Shown here piece after piece: positions 39,340 to 48,522 of a DNA stretch of 64,000 nucleotides. The DNA is taken from the NCBI GenBank assembly GCA_020850735.1, contig JADZEE010000052.1, positions 21,411-85,410 on the forward strand, given 5' to 3'. The position numbers and the translations under genes were made by a program. The notes below the pieces were generated by a model. It ran no database searches and was not told the origin of the DNA. It saw only the letters and a list, made by a program, of their open reading frames with translations. How positions within the stretch are numbered: the first letter of the stretch is position 1; every line of letters starts with the position of its first letter. Source of the DNA: Gammaproteobacteria bacterium. GTDB lineage: Bacteria > Pseudomonadota > Gammaproteobacteria > JADZEE01.

Positions 39340-39654
39340 GATTGAGTATCCCTTGCGTTTGCGTGAGTCCGGATCAAACACCGGACCGGATGACGGTATG
39401 CCGGGCGCCGTCGACACCGGTGACAGTGCGCGTCCCGGCGCCACGGGCGGGTCAAAAGCGCCCAGGATGGTAGGGTCAAAGCCCGCATCGCGCAACCGCA
39501 CCGGCGCCCGCCGGACCGACGGTCCCGGCGTGCCCGGGATCCAGCGAGGCGGTTGCACTGGTCGCACGGGAACACGAGAATCTGCACCGGCCCGCCGCGA
39601 TGGCGAGCGGCGCCACGACCACCCGCACGCCGCCCGTTGCCGGAGAGGATTCCT

Positions 39655-40092
39655 TTGAGCACACGCGAACGCGCCCACCGGCGCGCGCACTATCCGCACA
39701 TCCGCACCGTCGGTACGCGCTGGATGGACAACGACGCCTACGGCCACGTCAACAACGTCGTCTACTACAGTTTCTTCGATACCGCCGTGAATGCCTGGCT
39801 CATCGAACAAGGCGTGCTCGACATCGAACGCAGCCCGGTGATCGGCCTGGTGGTCGCCACCGAGTGCAGCTATTTCCGGCCGCTCACCTTTCCCGAATCG
39901 GTCAGCGTCGGCCTGCGGGTGGAGCAGCTCGGACACAGCAGCGTTCGCTACGGCATCGGCATCTTCCGGGCACACGACGAGGAGGCCGCGGCCCAGGGGC
40001 GCTTCACCCACGTGTACGTCGAGCGCGCGTCGCGCCGCCCGGCAGCGCTGCCGGACGCGCTGCGCCAGGCCCTCGAACGCTTGCAGCCCTGA
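39655..40092 (+). CDS. acyl-CoA thioesterase (4HBT/YbgC-like hotdog fold)
   Basis: VGTRWMDNDAYGHVNNVVYYSFFD is typical of the 4HBT family. A TTG start at 39655 with GGAGAGGA upstream was chosen over the Arg/Pro-rich ORF-track start at 39553. Confidence 0.75.
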   Translation: MSTRERAHRRAHYPHIRTVGTRWMDNDAYGHVNNVVYYSFFDTAVNAWLIEQGVLDIERSPVIGLVVATECSYFRPLTFPESVSVGLRVEQLGHSSVRYGIGIFRAHDEEAAAQGRFTHVYVERASRRPAALPDALRQALERLQP

Positions 40093-40276
40093 GATCTCGT
40101 GAAACCATCACCGCGCCTGCTGCGACGGCCCCTGGACGCCCCAGGCGGCGTCGCGGGGACTCCTAAAATCGTTTCCGCAGGCCCGCTGTGCGCGCGATTT
40201 CGTGCACCCCCGCGCCTGGCCGGGAACGCCCGGGAACCGTCTCGCTACGGCGGGCGAATGTTTCACGAGCTCTGAG
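40090..40276 (-). repeat. MITE-like ~185-bp intergenic element, copy 3 (inverted)
   Basis: Reverse complement of copies 1 and 2. One terminus contains the thioesterase stop codon, and the other ends 12 nt before the dadA-like ATG and contributes GAGGA. Confidence 0.85.
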
Positions 40277-40287
40277 GACGCCAGCCC

Positions 40288-41547
40288 ATGCACGTCATCG
40301 TCATCGGCGCGGGATTGAACGGCGTGTGCACGGCGTATTTCCTGCGCCGGCACGGTTGCGAAGTCACGGTCGTGGATCGCCAGAGCGGACCGGCCATGGA
40401 AACGAGCTTCGCCAACGGCGGCATGCTCACGCCGAGCCAGGCGCACCCGTGGAACGAACCGGGCGTGGCCGTGAAGCTGCTGAAGTGGATCGGGCGCGAG
40501 GACTCGCCCTTCCTGCTGCGCCCGCGCGCGTTACCGCATCTGCTCGGCTGGGGCCTGCGCTTCCTCGGCAACTCCCTGCCGGCCCGCCATCGCTACAACG
40601 CCATGCGCAATGCCGTGCTCGGTGCCTACAATTTGCGCGAGCTCGACACGCTGCGTACGCAAGCCGCACTGCACTACACCGGTGCGCGGCTCGGCACCAT
40701 GAAGCTCAGTCGTGACCACGCGACGCTCGATCATCTCGCGGCGCTGTCGGCACAGCTCGCACCGCAGGGCCTGCGCTACGAAGTGCTGGACCGGCGCGCG
40801 ACAGTGGCCGTCGAGCCCGCTCTCGAAACCATTGCCGATCAACTCGCCGGCGCCATCTATTACCCCGATGACGAGGCCGGCGATGCGCACGAATTCTGCG
40901 TCGCGCTGGCCGAACGCGCACGCCGCGAGGGAGTCGACTTCCAGCACGCCACGACGGTGCAGGCGCTGCGCTGCGAGCAAGGACGCTTTCACGCCATCGA
41001 GACCTCGGCCGGATCGCTCAGCGCCGACGCCTGCGTGATCGCGGCCGGCAGCTACACCCCGCTGCTCGCCCGCGCTGTCGGCGTCCGGGTTCCGGTGCGG
41101 CCGGTCAAGGGCTACTCCCTCAGCATCGCCATGCAGGGCTGGAACGGACCGCCACGCGTGCCGCTGGTCGACGAAGGGCTGCACATCGCGGCCACGCCGC
41201 TAGGCGAGCGCCTGCGCATCGCCGGGACGGCGGAGTTCACCGGCTACGATCTGAGCCTGCCCGAGCGCCGTGTCGAGCATCTGTTTCGCGTCGCGCGCGA
41301 GCTGTACCCGGCGCTGGCCGGCATCGTCGATCGCGCCGGCATCGATCCCTGGTGCGGCCTGCGGCCGATGAGCTGCGACGGCGTGCCGATCCTCGGCACG
41401 ACGCCGATCGACAAACTGTATCTGAACACCGGCCACGGCCATCTGGGCTGGACCTTGTGCGTGGGCTCGGGGCGGATCGTGGCCGACGTGGTGACCGGCC
41501 AGGGCGCGGCGATCGATCCGGCGCCCTACGCGCTCGCGCGGTTCTGA
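40288..41547 (+). CDS. dadA: D-amino-acid dehydrogenase-like FAD oxidoreductase
   Basis: MHVIVIGAGLNGVCTAYFL...VTVVDR (FAD fingerprint). ETSFANGG, VKGYSLSI and LNTGHGHLGWTL parallel E. coli DadA along its whole length. Confidence 0.8.
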   Translation: MHVIVIGAGLNGVCTAYFLRRHGCEVTVVDRQSGPAMETSFANGGMLTPSQAHPWNEPGVAVKLLKWIGREDSPFLLRPRALPHLLGWGLRFLGNSLPARHRYNAMRNAVLGAYNLRELDTLRTQAALHYTGARLGTMKLSRDHATLDHLAALSAQLAPQGLRYEVLDRRATVAVEPALETIADQLAGAIYYPDDEAGDAHEFCVALAERARREGVDFQHATTVQALRCEQGRFHAIETSAGSLSADACVIAAGSYTPLLARAVGVRVPVRPVKGYSLSIAMQGWNGPPRVPLVDEGLHIAATPLGERLRIAGTAEFTGYDLSLPERRVEHLFRVARELYPALAGIVDRAGIDPWCGLRPMSCDGVPILGTTPIDKLYLNTGHGHLGWTLCVGSGRIVADVVTGQGAAIDPAPYALARF

Positions 41548-41572
41548 ACCGGCGCGGCAACCGCCGTGCCGC

Positions 41573-42964
41573 TCACACGAGCTCGAAAAACCGCATCAAT
41601 TCCACGTCGCTGACGCGCAGGCGCAGCGCCTGCGCCTGGGCCGCGCGCGTGGCCGCATAAGCGTCCACGAACGCGTCGCCGAAAGCGGCGCGCGCGAACC
41701 GCGAGGCGCGCAAACGCTCGACGGCTTCGTCGAAGCTGTGTGGCAGTTGCGGCGCGTCGGGCTGTTCCCGCCCGCCGGCGTCGCCGCGCAGCGGTGCGGT
41801 CGGCGCCACGCCTTCGGCGATCCCGCGCATGCCGGCGGCCACCAGCGCCGCCACCGCCAGATAGGGATTCGCATCCGCGCCCGGTACGCGGCACTCGATC
41901 CGCGTCGCCGGCGCCGCACCGGTGAGGACCCGCAGGGCGCAAGTGCGGTTGTCGATACCCCAGCTGAGATCGACGGGCGCAAAGCTTCCCGGCACGAAGC
42001 GCTTGAAGGAATTCACGTTGGGCGCGCACAGCAGCACGGTCTCGGGTAACCAGCGCTGCACGCCGCCGATGAAGGCGAGCAATGCCGCGCTGAGATCCCG
42101 TCCGGCCCCGGCGTCGTGGAACACCGCCCGATTCGCCGTGTCGCGCAGCGACAGGTGCACATGGGCGCCGTGGCCGTCGTGGCTGTCGGACCAGCGCGCC
42201 ATGAAGCTCGCGAGCTGGCCGCGGCGCCGCGCCAGGGCCTTGATGAAGCTCTTGAGCAGCACCGCATCGTCGGCGACCTGAAGTCCGGGCCGGTGGGCGA
42301 TCGCCGCTTCGATCAGGCCGCCACCGATCTCCTCGTGCGTCGATTCAAGACCGATATCGAGGGTCGCGCAGGCGGCGAGCAAGTCGTCGTAAAACCCGCC
42401 GCGTCCTTCCTGGCGGGCGATCACACCGTGACTGGACGTGGGCGTCGCCACCCGCAGACCGCGATAGCCCTTGTCGCGCGCCGACCAGGGCGTTTCCTCG
42501 AACAGCGTCCATTCCAGCTCGATGCCGTACCAGGGATTGAGGCCCTGCGCGCCGGCGTTCTCGAGGACGGATCGCAGCAGCGCGCGGGGGCACCACGGCG
42601 CCGCGTCGCCGGCGTACTCGGCGAGCACCAGCACCGATCGCGCGGCCGACGCCCACGGCAGCCGGCGCGCGCTGTCGGCAATCACGCGCACGCCGGCGTC
42701 GGCATAGCCGTCGGCGCCATCGGTGAGCCGTGGCGCCGCGAGCAGCGTATCGTCCGGATCCATCGCCAGCATGCCGAGCGGCAGACGCAGCTCAGCGCTC
42801 CCCTGCGCCGCTCTCGCCACCTTTTCGCGCGCAATGATCTTGCCGCGCAGCTGGCCCTGAAAGTCAGTGACGGCGACCGTGACGTGCCGCAGATCCGGAT
42901 CGGCGAGCAGCGCCGCTGCCGCGCTCGCGCGCGCCGCCAAACCGGGGTCAGAGTCGGATTTCAC
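41573..42964 (-). CDS. glutamine synthetase-family protein (gamma-glutamyl-polyamine synthetase-like)
   Basis: GS catalytic-domain pattern (HEEIGGGLIEAAI, GHGAHVHLSL, SFKRFVPGSFAP, NRTCALRV, IECRVPGADANPYL). The first 8 codons of the ORF-track start (GTG 42964) are encoded by a repeat unit; an in-frame TTG at 42940 is an alternative start. Confidence 0.85.
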   Translation of the reverse strand: MKSDSDPGLAARASAAAALLADPDLRHVTVAVTDFQGQLRGKIIAREKVARAAQGSAELRLPLGMLAMDPDDTLLAAPRLTDGADGYADAGVRVIADSARRLPWASAARSVLVLAEYAGDAAPWCPRALLRSVLENAGAQGLNPWYGIELEWTLFEETPWSARDKGYRGLRVATPTSSHGVIARQEGRGGFYDDLLAACATLDIGLESTHEEIGGGLIEAAIAHRPGLQVADDAVLLKSFIKALARRRGQLASFMARWSDSHDGHGAHVHLSLRDTANRAVFHDAGAGRDLSAALLAFIGGVQRWLPETVLLCAPNVNSFKRFVPGSFAPVDLSWGIDNRTCALRVLTGAAPATRIECRVPGADANPYLAVAALVAAGMRGIAEGVAPTAPLRGDAGGREQPDAPQLPHSFDEAVERLRASRFARAAFGDAFVDAYAATRAAQAQALRLRVSDVELMRFFELV

Positions 42965-43159
42965 GCATGCGTAAACCGGGGTCAGAGTCGGATTTCACGC
43001 ATGCGTAAACCGGGGTCAGAGTCGAATTTCTGTTAGGTTTCAGAGCTTGTGATCGGCAGGCGTGAAATTCGACTCTGACCCCGCGAAGGGCGCGGACCCC
43101 GCGAAGGGCGCGCTGGCCCGAACACGCCGGAAATTCGACTCTGACCCCGGTTTTCCGGG
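42939..43159. repeat. long-hairpin repeat element (GGGGTCAGAGTCGAATTTC family) with duplicated arms
   Basis: Two full 34-bp tandem units AAACCGGGGTCAGAGTCGGATTTCACGCATGCGT plus a partial third, then a loop, then two copies of the complementary arm GAAATTCGACTCTGACCCC and tandem GACCCCGCGAAGGGCGCG. Confidence 0.8.
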
Positions 43160-43226
43160 TTCCTAAATGAAACGGCGGACGCCGGCCGTGAGGCCGGGTC
43201 CGCCGCTCGCATGGCAACCGCTGCGA

Positions 43227-45467
43227 TCAGTCCCAGGTGTAGCGGACGCTGCCCGCCACCCAGCGCGGGCGGCCGTAGTACTGCTCGGTCCAGCCGAGCA
43301 CCCCGGCGACGTCGAAGGTCTGCACCAGGTATTCCTCGTCCGTGAAATTGTTCACGAACACCGCCGCTTCCCAACGCCGATCGGTGTTGGTCCAGGACAG
43401 GCGCGCGTTGGCGACGACGTAACCGTCTTCGGTCACCGTCTCGGCCCGGGTCAGGCTGAAATAGTGCTTGGAACGGTAGTTGAAGTCACCCTGAATGGCC
43501 ATGCTGCCGCCGAACGCCGGCCATTCGTAACGCGCGAGGCCGCTGAAGTTCAGCTTCGGCGACTGCACCGAGGTCGTCTTCACGCCCGAGGCGAGCGTGA
43601 CGTCCATGTCGTTGTAGCCGACGCCGAGCAACAGGTCGAGCCCTTCGAACGGGTTGGCCTGCAGCTCCAGCTCGAAGCCGATGCTGTCGGCATCGGCGTT
43701 CTGCACCAGGGTCGCCAGACCGACGATGTCGAAAGCCTGGAAATCGGTGTAGTCGTAGTAGTAGACCGAGCCGTTCAGGCGCGCGAGCCCGCCCCACAAG
43801 GTCGACTTGAAGCCGCCCTCGAAGGCGTTCAACACTTCCTCGTCGAAGGCCATGAACGGATCGGTGAACGCCGGTACCGTGGTCGGATCGAAGGGCGCGT
43901 TGAAGCCGCCGCCCTTCACGCCCCGGTTCCAGCTCACGTACAGGAGCCAGTCGTCGTTGGGGCGATAGTCGAGTTCGACCTTCGCCGACCACAGACCCTT
44001 GTCGAATTTGCCGGCGTAGTTCCCCAGTTGCGCGAGCACGTTGGGGTTGTCGTGCCGTTCGGGCGTGCCGTTGTTCGGGAAAAACACGAAATCGCTGATG
44101 TACAGATCCTTCACGTACTCGTCGATCCAGCGAAAGCCCGCGATGCCGGTGAACTTGTCGGTGAAATCGTATTCGAGCTGCCCGAACAACGACCAGGAGT
44201 TCTTGTCGGTCTGGTAGTTCGACTGCAGCCCGGTGAAATCACCACCCGGCGCGGGGAACAGGCCGCCGGTGGACACGCCGGTCGGATCCAGGCCGAGCAA
44301 GGGGATCTCCGCACCGTTGGCATCGTCGATGTTGATGTTGAGATAGTAGAAACCCGCCACCCAGCGCATCCGGTCGAGCTCACCGTTGAGGCGCAGCTCC
44401 TGCGACCACTGCGCCGCGTCCGTGACCAGGTAGAAGTTGAAGTCCGAAAACGGGCTGGCGTCGGAGTCCTCGATATAGTCGCGCTTGACCGTCTGGTAGT
44501 CCGAGATGCTGGTGAAGGTGAAGCGTTCGAAGTCCCACTTGACCGTGCCGGACACGCCGGTGGTTTTCAGGTCATTGTGGCCGAACTTATTGTAATCGCC
44601 GGCATAGACGTCGCCGTCACCGTCACGATAACCGTTGAAGTTGGTCAGCTCGGGCGTGAGCTCACCCAGACCGTCGCCGTCGAAGTCGCGCGAGCTGACG
44701 TTTTCGAAAAATCCGGTGCGGATCTGCTGCAGCGAGCCGCGAACGTTGAACAGGATCGACAGATCCTCGTTCGGTGTGAACAACAGCTGACCGCGTCCCG
44801 CGTAGTCGTTGGCGTTGTTGATGTCGTCGTCGAGCAGACGGTTCTCGACGTAGCCGCTGTTATGATGCGTGGCGACGGACAGGCGCCCGGAGAGCGTGTC
44901 CGTGATGCCACCGCCGATCGCGCCCTGGAATTTCACCTGGTCGTACTCGCCGACCGTGACCTGGCCGTAACCGTCGAATGCCTGCTGCGGCTTGCGGCTG
45001 ACGTAGTGCGCGAGGCCGCCGGTCGCGTTGCGACCGTACAGGGTGCCCTGCGGGCCGCGCAGGATCTCCACCCGCTCCATGTCGAACAACATGAAGCCGG
45101 CGCCGGACATCTGCGAGATGTACACCTCGTCGACGTAGATCGAGACCGGGCTCTCCTGGTTGGTCGTGAAGTCACTGTTGGCCGCGCCGCGGATGCCGAT
45201 CGCGTAGTTGGCCTCGCCGTTCGGCTGCACCGTGCTCACACCCGGAGTGAGCGCGGTGACCTCCTGCGCGTTGGTGTAGCCGAGCGCGGAGAGCTGCTCG
45301 CCGGTGAAGGCCGTGACCGCGATGCCGACGTCCTGCAGGCTCTGTTCGCGCTTTTGCGCGGTGACGATGACTTCCTCGAGCACCGCGGCCCAGGTGAGCG
45401 CGGGCGCGATGGCGGCGACCAGCGCGGCGGGCAGCACCGTGCGCGTCAGCTTTTGAGCCTTTCTCAT
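43227..45467 (-). CDS. TonB-dependent receptor (paralog of 17150-19360)
   Basis: Start at ATG 45467 (MRKAQKLTRTVLPAALVAAIAPALTWA). The plug start VLEEVIVTAQKREQSLQDVGIAVTAF is nearly identical to the 17150 receptor. The C-terminus ends RYTWD. Confidence 0.9.
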   Translation of the reverse strand: MRKAQKLTRTVLPAALVAAIAPALTWAAVLEEVIVTAQKREQSLQDVGIAVTAFTGEQLSALGYTNAQEVTALTPGVSTVQPNGEANYAIGIRGAANSDFTTNQESPVSIYVDEVYISQMSGAGFMLFDMERVEILRGPQGTLYGRNATGGLAHYVSRKPQQAFDGYGQVTVGEYDQVKFQGAIGGGITDTLSGRLSVATHHNSGYVENRLLDDDINNANDYAGRGQLLFTPNEDLSILFNVRGSLQQIRTGFFENVSSRDFDGDGLGELTPELTNFNGYRDGDGDVYAGDYNKFGHNDLKTTGVSGTVKWDFERFTFTSISDYQTVKRDYIEDSDASPFSDFNFYLVTDAAQWSQELRLNGELDRMRWVAGFYYLNINIDDANGAEIPLLGLDPTGVSTGGLFPAPGGDFTGLQSNYQTDKNSWSLFGQLEYDFTDKFTGIAGFRWIDEYVKDLYISDFVFFPNNGTPERHDNPNVLAQLGNYAGKFDKGLWSAKVELDYRPNDDWLLYVSWNRGVKGGGFNAPFDPTTVPAFTDPFMAFDEEVLNAFEGGFKSTLWGGLARLNGSVYYYDYTDFQAFDIVGLATLVQNADADSIGFELELQANPFEGLDLLLGVGYNDMDVTLASGVKTTSVQSPKLNFSGLARYEWPAFGGSMAIQGDFNYRSKHYFSLTRAETVTEDGYVVANARLSWTNTDRRWEAAVFVNNFTDEEYLVQTFDVAGVLGWTEQYYGRPRWVAGSVRYTWD

Positions 45468-45709
45468 TCCGGATTTCCCCCTCAACATTGTTATGCGTGA
45501 ACGACCGCTGCGCGCTCCCGGCACGGCTCGGTCGTGACCAAATCTGCGACGAATATAGTGCAATATGAGACTTGAATCAATCGTTCTAGTTGCTTTCCGA
45601 GGCCTTGCGGGCCGGATCCGTTGCAGCGATGCCACGCCGGCGATGCGCCGGCGGCAACCGCTGCCTGTGCTACGATGCGCGCCGTCCGCCTCGGGACGGA
45701 GCGGCTGTG

Positions 45710-46402
45710 ATGACCAATCGGGGGAATAAGAGGCGCCCGCCGGGCGGCGGTTACGCCAAGGGCCGTGAGCGCCTGGTCGGCATATTCGAGGCGGCGCTCG
45801 CGGTGCTCATCGATGACGGTTACAGCCGCCTCACCATGCGCCGTATCGCGGCCCGCGCGAACATCACGGTCGGCAACCTGCACTACTACTACCCGAGCAA
45901 GAAAGACCTGTTGCGTGACCTGCTCGACCACGTCATCGACGGCTACATCGGCGAATTCGAGCGCATCCGCGCGCGCATCGGTAACGCGCCCACCGCGGAG
46001 CTGGTCGCCATCTGCGAGTACATCATCACCGACCTCAACAGCCGTCGCACGACGATGTTCTTTCCCGAACTGTGGGCGATGTCGAACCACGATCCCTACG
46101 CGGCCCGGCTCATGGATGCGCTCTACCAGAAGGCCCGCCTCGTGCTGAACGAGCTCATCGCCAAGCTCAACACGACGCTCACGGCCGCCGAGCGCGAGCA
46201 CGTCGCGCTGTTTATGTCGGCCTCGATGGAGGGGTTGACCATGTTCCTGGGCCACCGCAAACCCTGGGCGCGCGCGCTGCCGAAAGTGCGCGCCGTGGCC
46301 ATCCGCGCTTTCCTCCACGCGGTCACGACGACCCGCGGTTCGCGCCGGGTTCGCGGCAAGACCAGGCAACCATCATCGACTTCCCGGGAGCGACGCTCAT
46401 GA
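45710..46402 (+). CDS. TetR/AcrR family transcriptional regulator
   Basis: Start at ATG 45710. HTH is LTMRRIAARANITVGNLHYYYPSKKDLL. The stop overlaps the metY start (ATGA). Confidence 0.9.
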   Translation: MTNRGNKRRPPGGGYAKGRERLVGIFEAALAVLIDDGYSRLTMRRIAARANITVGNLHYYYPSKKDLLRDLLDHVIDGYIGEFERIRARIGNAPTAELVAICEYIITDLNSRRTTMFFPELWAMSNHDPYAARLMDALYQKARLVLNELIAKLNTTLTAAEREHVALFMSASMEGLTMFLGHRKPWARALPKVRAVAIRAFLHAVTTTRGSRRVRGKTRQPSSTSRERRS

Positions 46403-47694
46403 GTGGTCCGGCCTATCCGCGCTTCGATACCCTCGCCCTGCACGCGGGGCAGACACCCGATCCGCAGACCGGTGCGCGCGCGGTGCCGATCTACCACACG
46501 ACCTCCTACGTATTCCGGGACGCAGACCATGCCGCGTCGCTGTTCGACGCCGAGCGGCCCGGACACGTGTACTCGCGCATCAGCAACCCCACCTGCGCCG
46601 TGCTGGAGGAACGGATCGCGGAGCTCGAGGACGGCGTCGGCGCGGTCGCCACCGCGAGCGGCCAGGCGGCGCTGCACCTGGCCATCGTCACCCTGCTCGG
46701 CGCCGGCCAGCACATCGTCGCCTCGCGGGCCCTGTACGGCGGCTCGCACAACCTGCTCAGCTACACCCTGCCGCGCTTCGGCATCGAGACCACGTTCGTC
46801 GATCCCCGCGATCCGCAGGCCTTCCGGCACGCGATCCGGCCCGAGACCCGGCTGGTGTTCGGCGAGATCCTCGGTAACCCGGGCCTGGAGGTGCTCGACA
46901 TCCCCGCGATCGCCGCGGTCGCGCACGACGCCGGCCTGCCGCTGCTGGTGGACTCGACGCTGGCGACTCCGTATCTGTGCCGCCCGTTCGAGCACGGTGC
47001 GGATCTCGTCTTCCATTCGGCGACCAAGTTCCTCGGCGGCCACGGCGTCGCCATCGGCGGGTTGCTGGTCGACGGCGGCCGCTTCGACTGGGTCGCCGCC
47101 GGGCGCTACCCGACCCTGACCGAGCGCTACGCGGGCTTTCACGGCATGAATTTCGCCGAGGAATTCGGTCCCGGGGCGTTCATCGCCCGCGCCCGCCGCG
47201 AGGGTCTGCGCGACTTCGGCGCCTGCATGGCGCCGCCCACCGCCTTCCAGCTCCTGCAGGGGCTGGAGACGTTGCCGCTGCGCATGGCAAGGCACGTCGC
47301 CAACACGCGTCGCATCGTCGAATTCCTGCAACAGGCCGGCGGCGTCGAGTGGGCCCGCTACCCGGAGTGCGAAGGTCATCCGGATCGCGCGCTCGCCGCA
47401 CGCCTGCTGCCGCGCGGCGCCGGCGCGGTACTCAGCTTCGGCATCGCCGGCGGGCGCGCCGCGGGCCAGCGTTTCATCGAATCGCTGCGGCTGTTCTCGC
47501 ACCTGGCCAACGTCGGCGACGCCAAGTCGCTGGTGATCCACCCCGCGTCCACGACCCACCATCGCATGGACGACGCAGCGCTCGCCGAGGCCGGGATCGC
47601 GCAGAACCTGGTGCGGCTGTCGATCGGCCTGGAGGATCCGCAGGATCTCATCGACGATCTCTCGCGCGCCCTGTACCTGGCGAACAAAGGCTGA
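46399..47694 (+). CDS. metY: O-acetylhomoserine aminocarboxypropyltransferase/sulfhydrylase
   Basis: Start at ATG 46399 (MSGPAYPRFDTLALHAGQTPDPQTGARAVPIYHTTSYVF). PLP lysine context SATKFLGGHG. About 430 aa, Cys/Met-metabolism PLP family. Confidence 0.9.
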   Translation: MSGPAYPRFDTLALHAGQTPDPQTGARAVPIYHTTSYVFRDADHAASLFDAERPGHVYSRISNPTCAVLEERIAELEDGVGAVATASGQAALHLAIVTLLGAGQHIVASRALYGGSHNLLSYTLPRFGIETTFVDPRDPQAFRHAIRPETRLVFGEILGNPGLEVLDIPAIAAVAHDAGLPLLVDSTLATPYLCRPFEHGADLVFHSATKFLGGHGVAIGGLLVDGGRFDWVAAGRYPTLTERYAGFHGMNFAEEFGPGAFIARARREGLRDFGACMAPPTAFQLLQGLETLPLRMARHVANTRRIVEFLQQAGGVEWARYPECEGHPDRALAARLLPRGAGAVLSFGIAGGRAAGQRFIESLRLFSHLANVGDAKSLVIHPASTTHHRMDDAALAEAGIAQNLVRLSIGLEDPQDLIDDLSRALYLANKG

Positions 47695-47699
47695 CCGGC

Positions 47700-48506
47700 A
47701 TGGACATCGAGGTCCGCGGTACGCAGTACTACGCCTACACCGGTGGCAAGCCCTTCGATCCGGCGCTGCCGACGATCGTGCTCATCCACGGTGCCGGGCT
47801 CGATCACACGACCTGGATGCTGCAGGCGCGTTATTTCGCCCATCACGGCTGCGGCGTCCTGGCCGTCGATCTGCCCGCGCATGGCCGCTCCCGGGGTGAG
47901 GCCCTGGCGGATATCGGGGCGCTCGCCGACTGGCTGCGGGCCCTGCTGGCGGCCGCCGGGGTCACCACGGCGGCGGTGATCGGCCACAGCATGGGGGCGG
48001 CGATCGCCATCGAGTACGCGGCACGCTACCCGCAGCACGCGCGCGCCATCGGCATCGTGGGCGCGGCCGTGCCCATGCCGGTCGCGCCGCCGCTGCTCGA
48101 GGCCGCGCGCCAGAACCGGCATGCCGCCTACGACATGATCACCCTGTGGGCGCACGCCTATCGCGCCCAGATCGGCCGCAATCCGACGCCCGGCATGTGG
48201 ATGACCGGCTCGACCCTGCGCCTGCTCGAGCGCAACCGGCCCGGCGTGCTGTTCGCCGACTTCAGCGCCTGCAACGATTACGTGACCGGTCTGGATGCCG
48301 CCCGGCAGGTGCAGTGCCCGGCCCTGCTGGTCGTCGGCAGCGCCGATCTCATGACCCCGCCGCGCGCGATCCGCGATCTGCTCGCCGCCCTGCCGGACGC
48401 GCGCACCGTCGCGCTCGAGGGCTGCGGCCACATGGTCATGCCCGAGCAACCCGACGCCCTCATCGACGCCTTGCGCGATTTCCTGCGGCCGCTGCCCGCC
48501 GGCTGA
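47700..48506 (+). CDS. alpha/beta hydrolase
   Basis: Start at ATG 47700. LIHGAGLDH, nucleophile elbow GHSMGA and C-terminal GCGHMVM. Confidence 0.85.
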   Translation: MDIEVRGTQYYAYTGGKPFDPALPTIVLIHGAGLDHTTWMLQARYFAHHGCGVLAVDLPAHGRSRGEALADIGALADWLRALLAAAGVTTAAVIGHSMGAAIAIEYAARYPQHARAIGIVGAAVPMPVAPPLLEAARQNRHAAYDMITLWAHAYRAQIGRNPTPGMWMTGSTLRLLERNRPGVLFADFSACNDYVTGLDAARQVQCPALLVVGSADLMTPPRAIRDLLAALPDARTVALEGCGHMVMPEQPDALIDALRDFLRPLPAG

Positions 48507-48522
48507 CACGGCCGGCAGGTGC

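Noticed and set aside
45551-45610. A third copy of the 38-bp TetR operator (GAAAWMGTATAG-N14-CTAYACGATTTT) in the TetR/TonB-receptor intergenic region at 45468-45709.
   Set aside because: The AT-rich stretch there (CGAATATAGTGCAATATGAGACTTGAATCAATCGTTCTAG) shares only short pieces (TATAG, CTAGAACGATT) in a different arrangement and orientation. That is not enough to claim the same operator.
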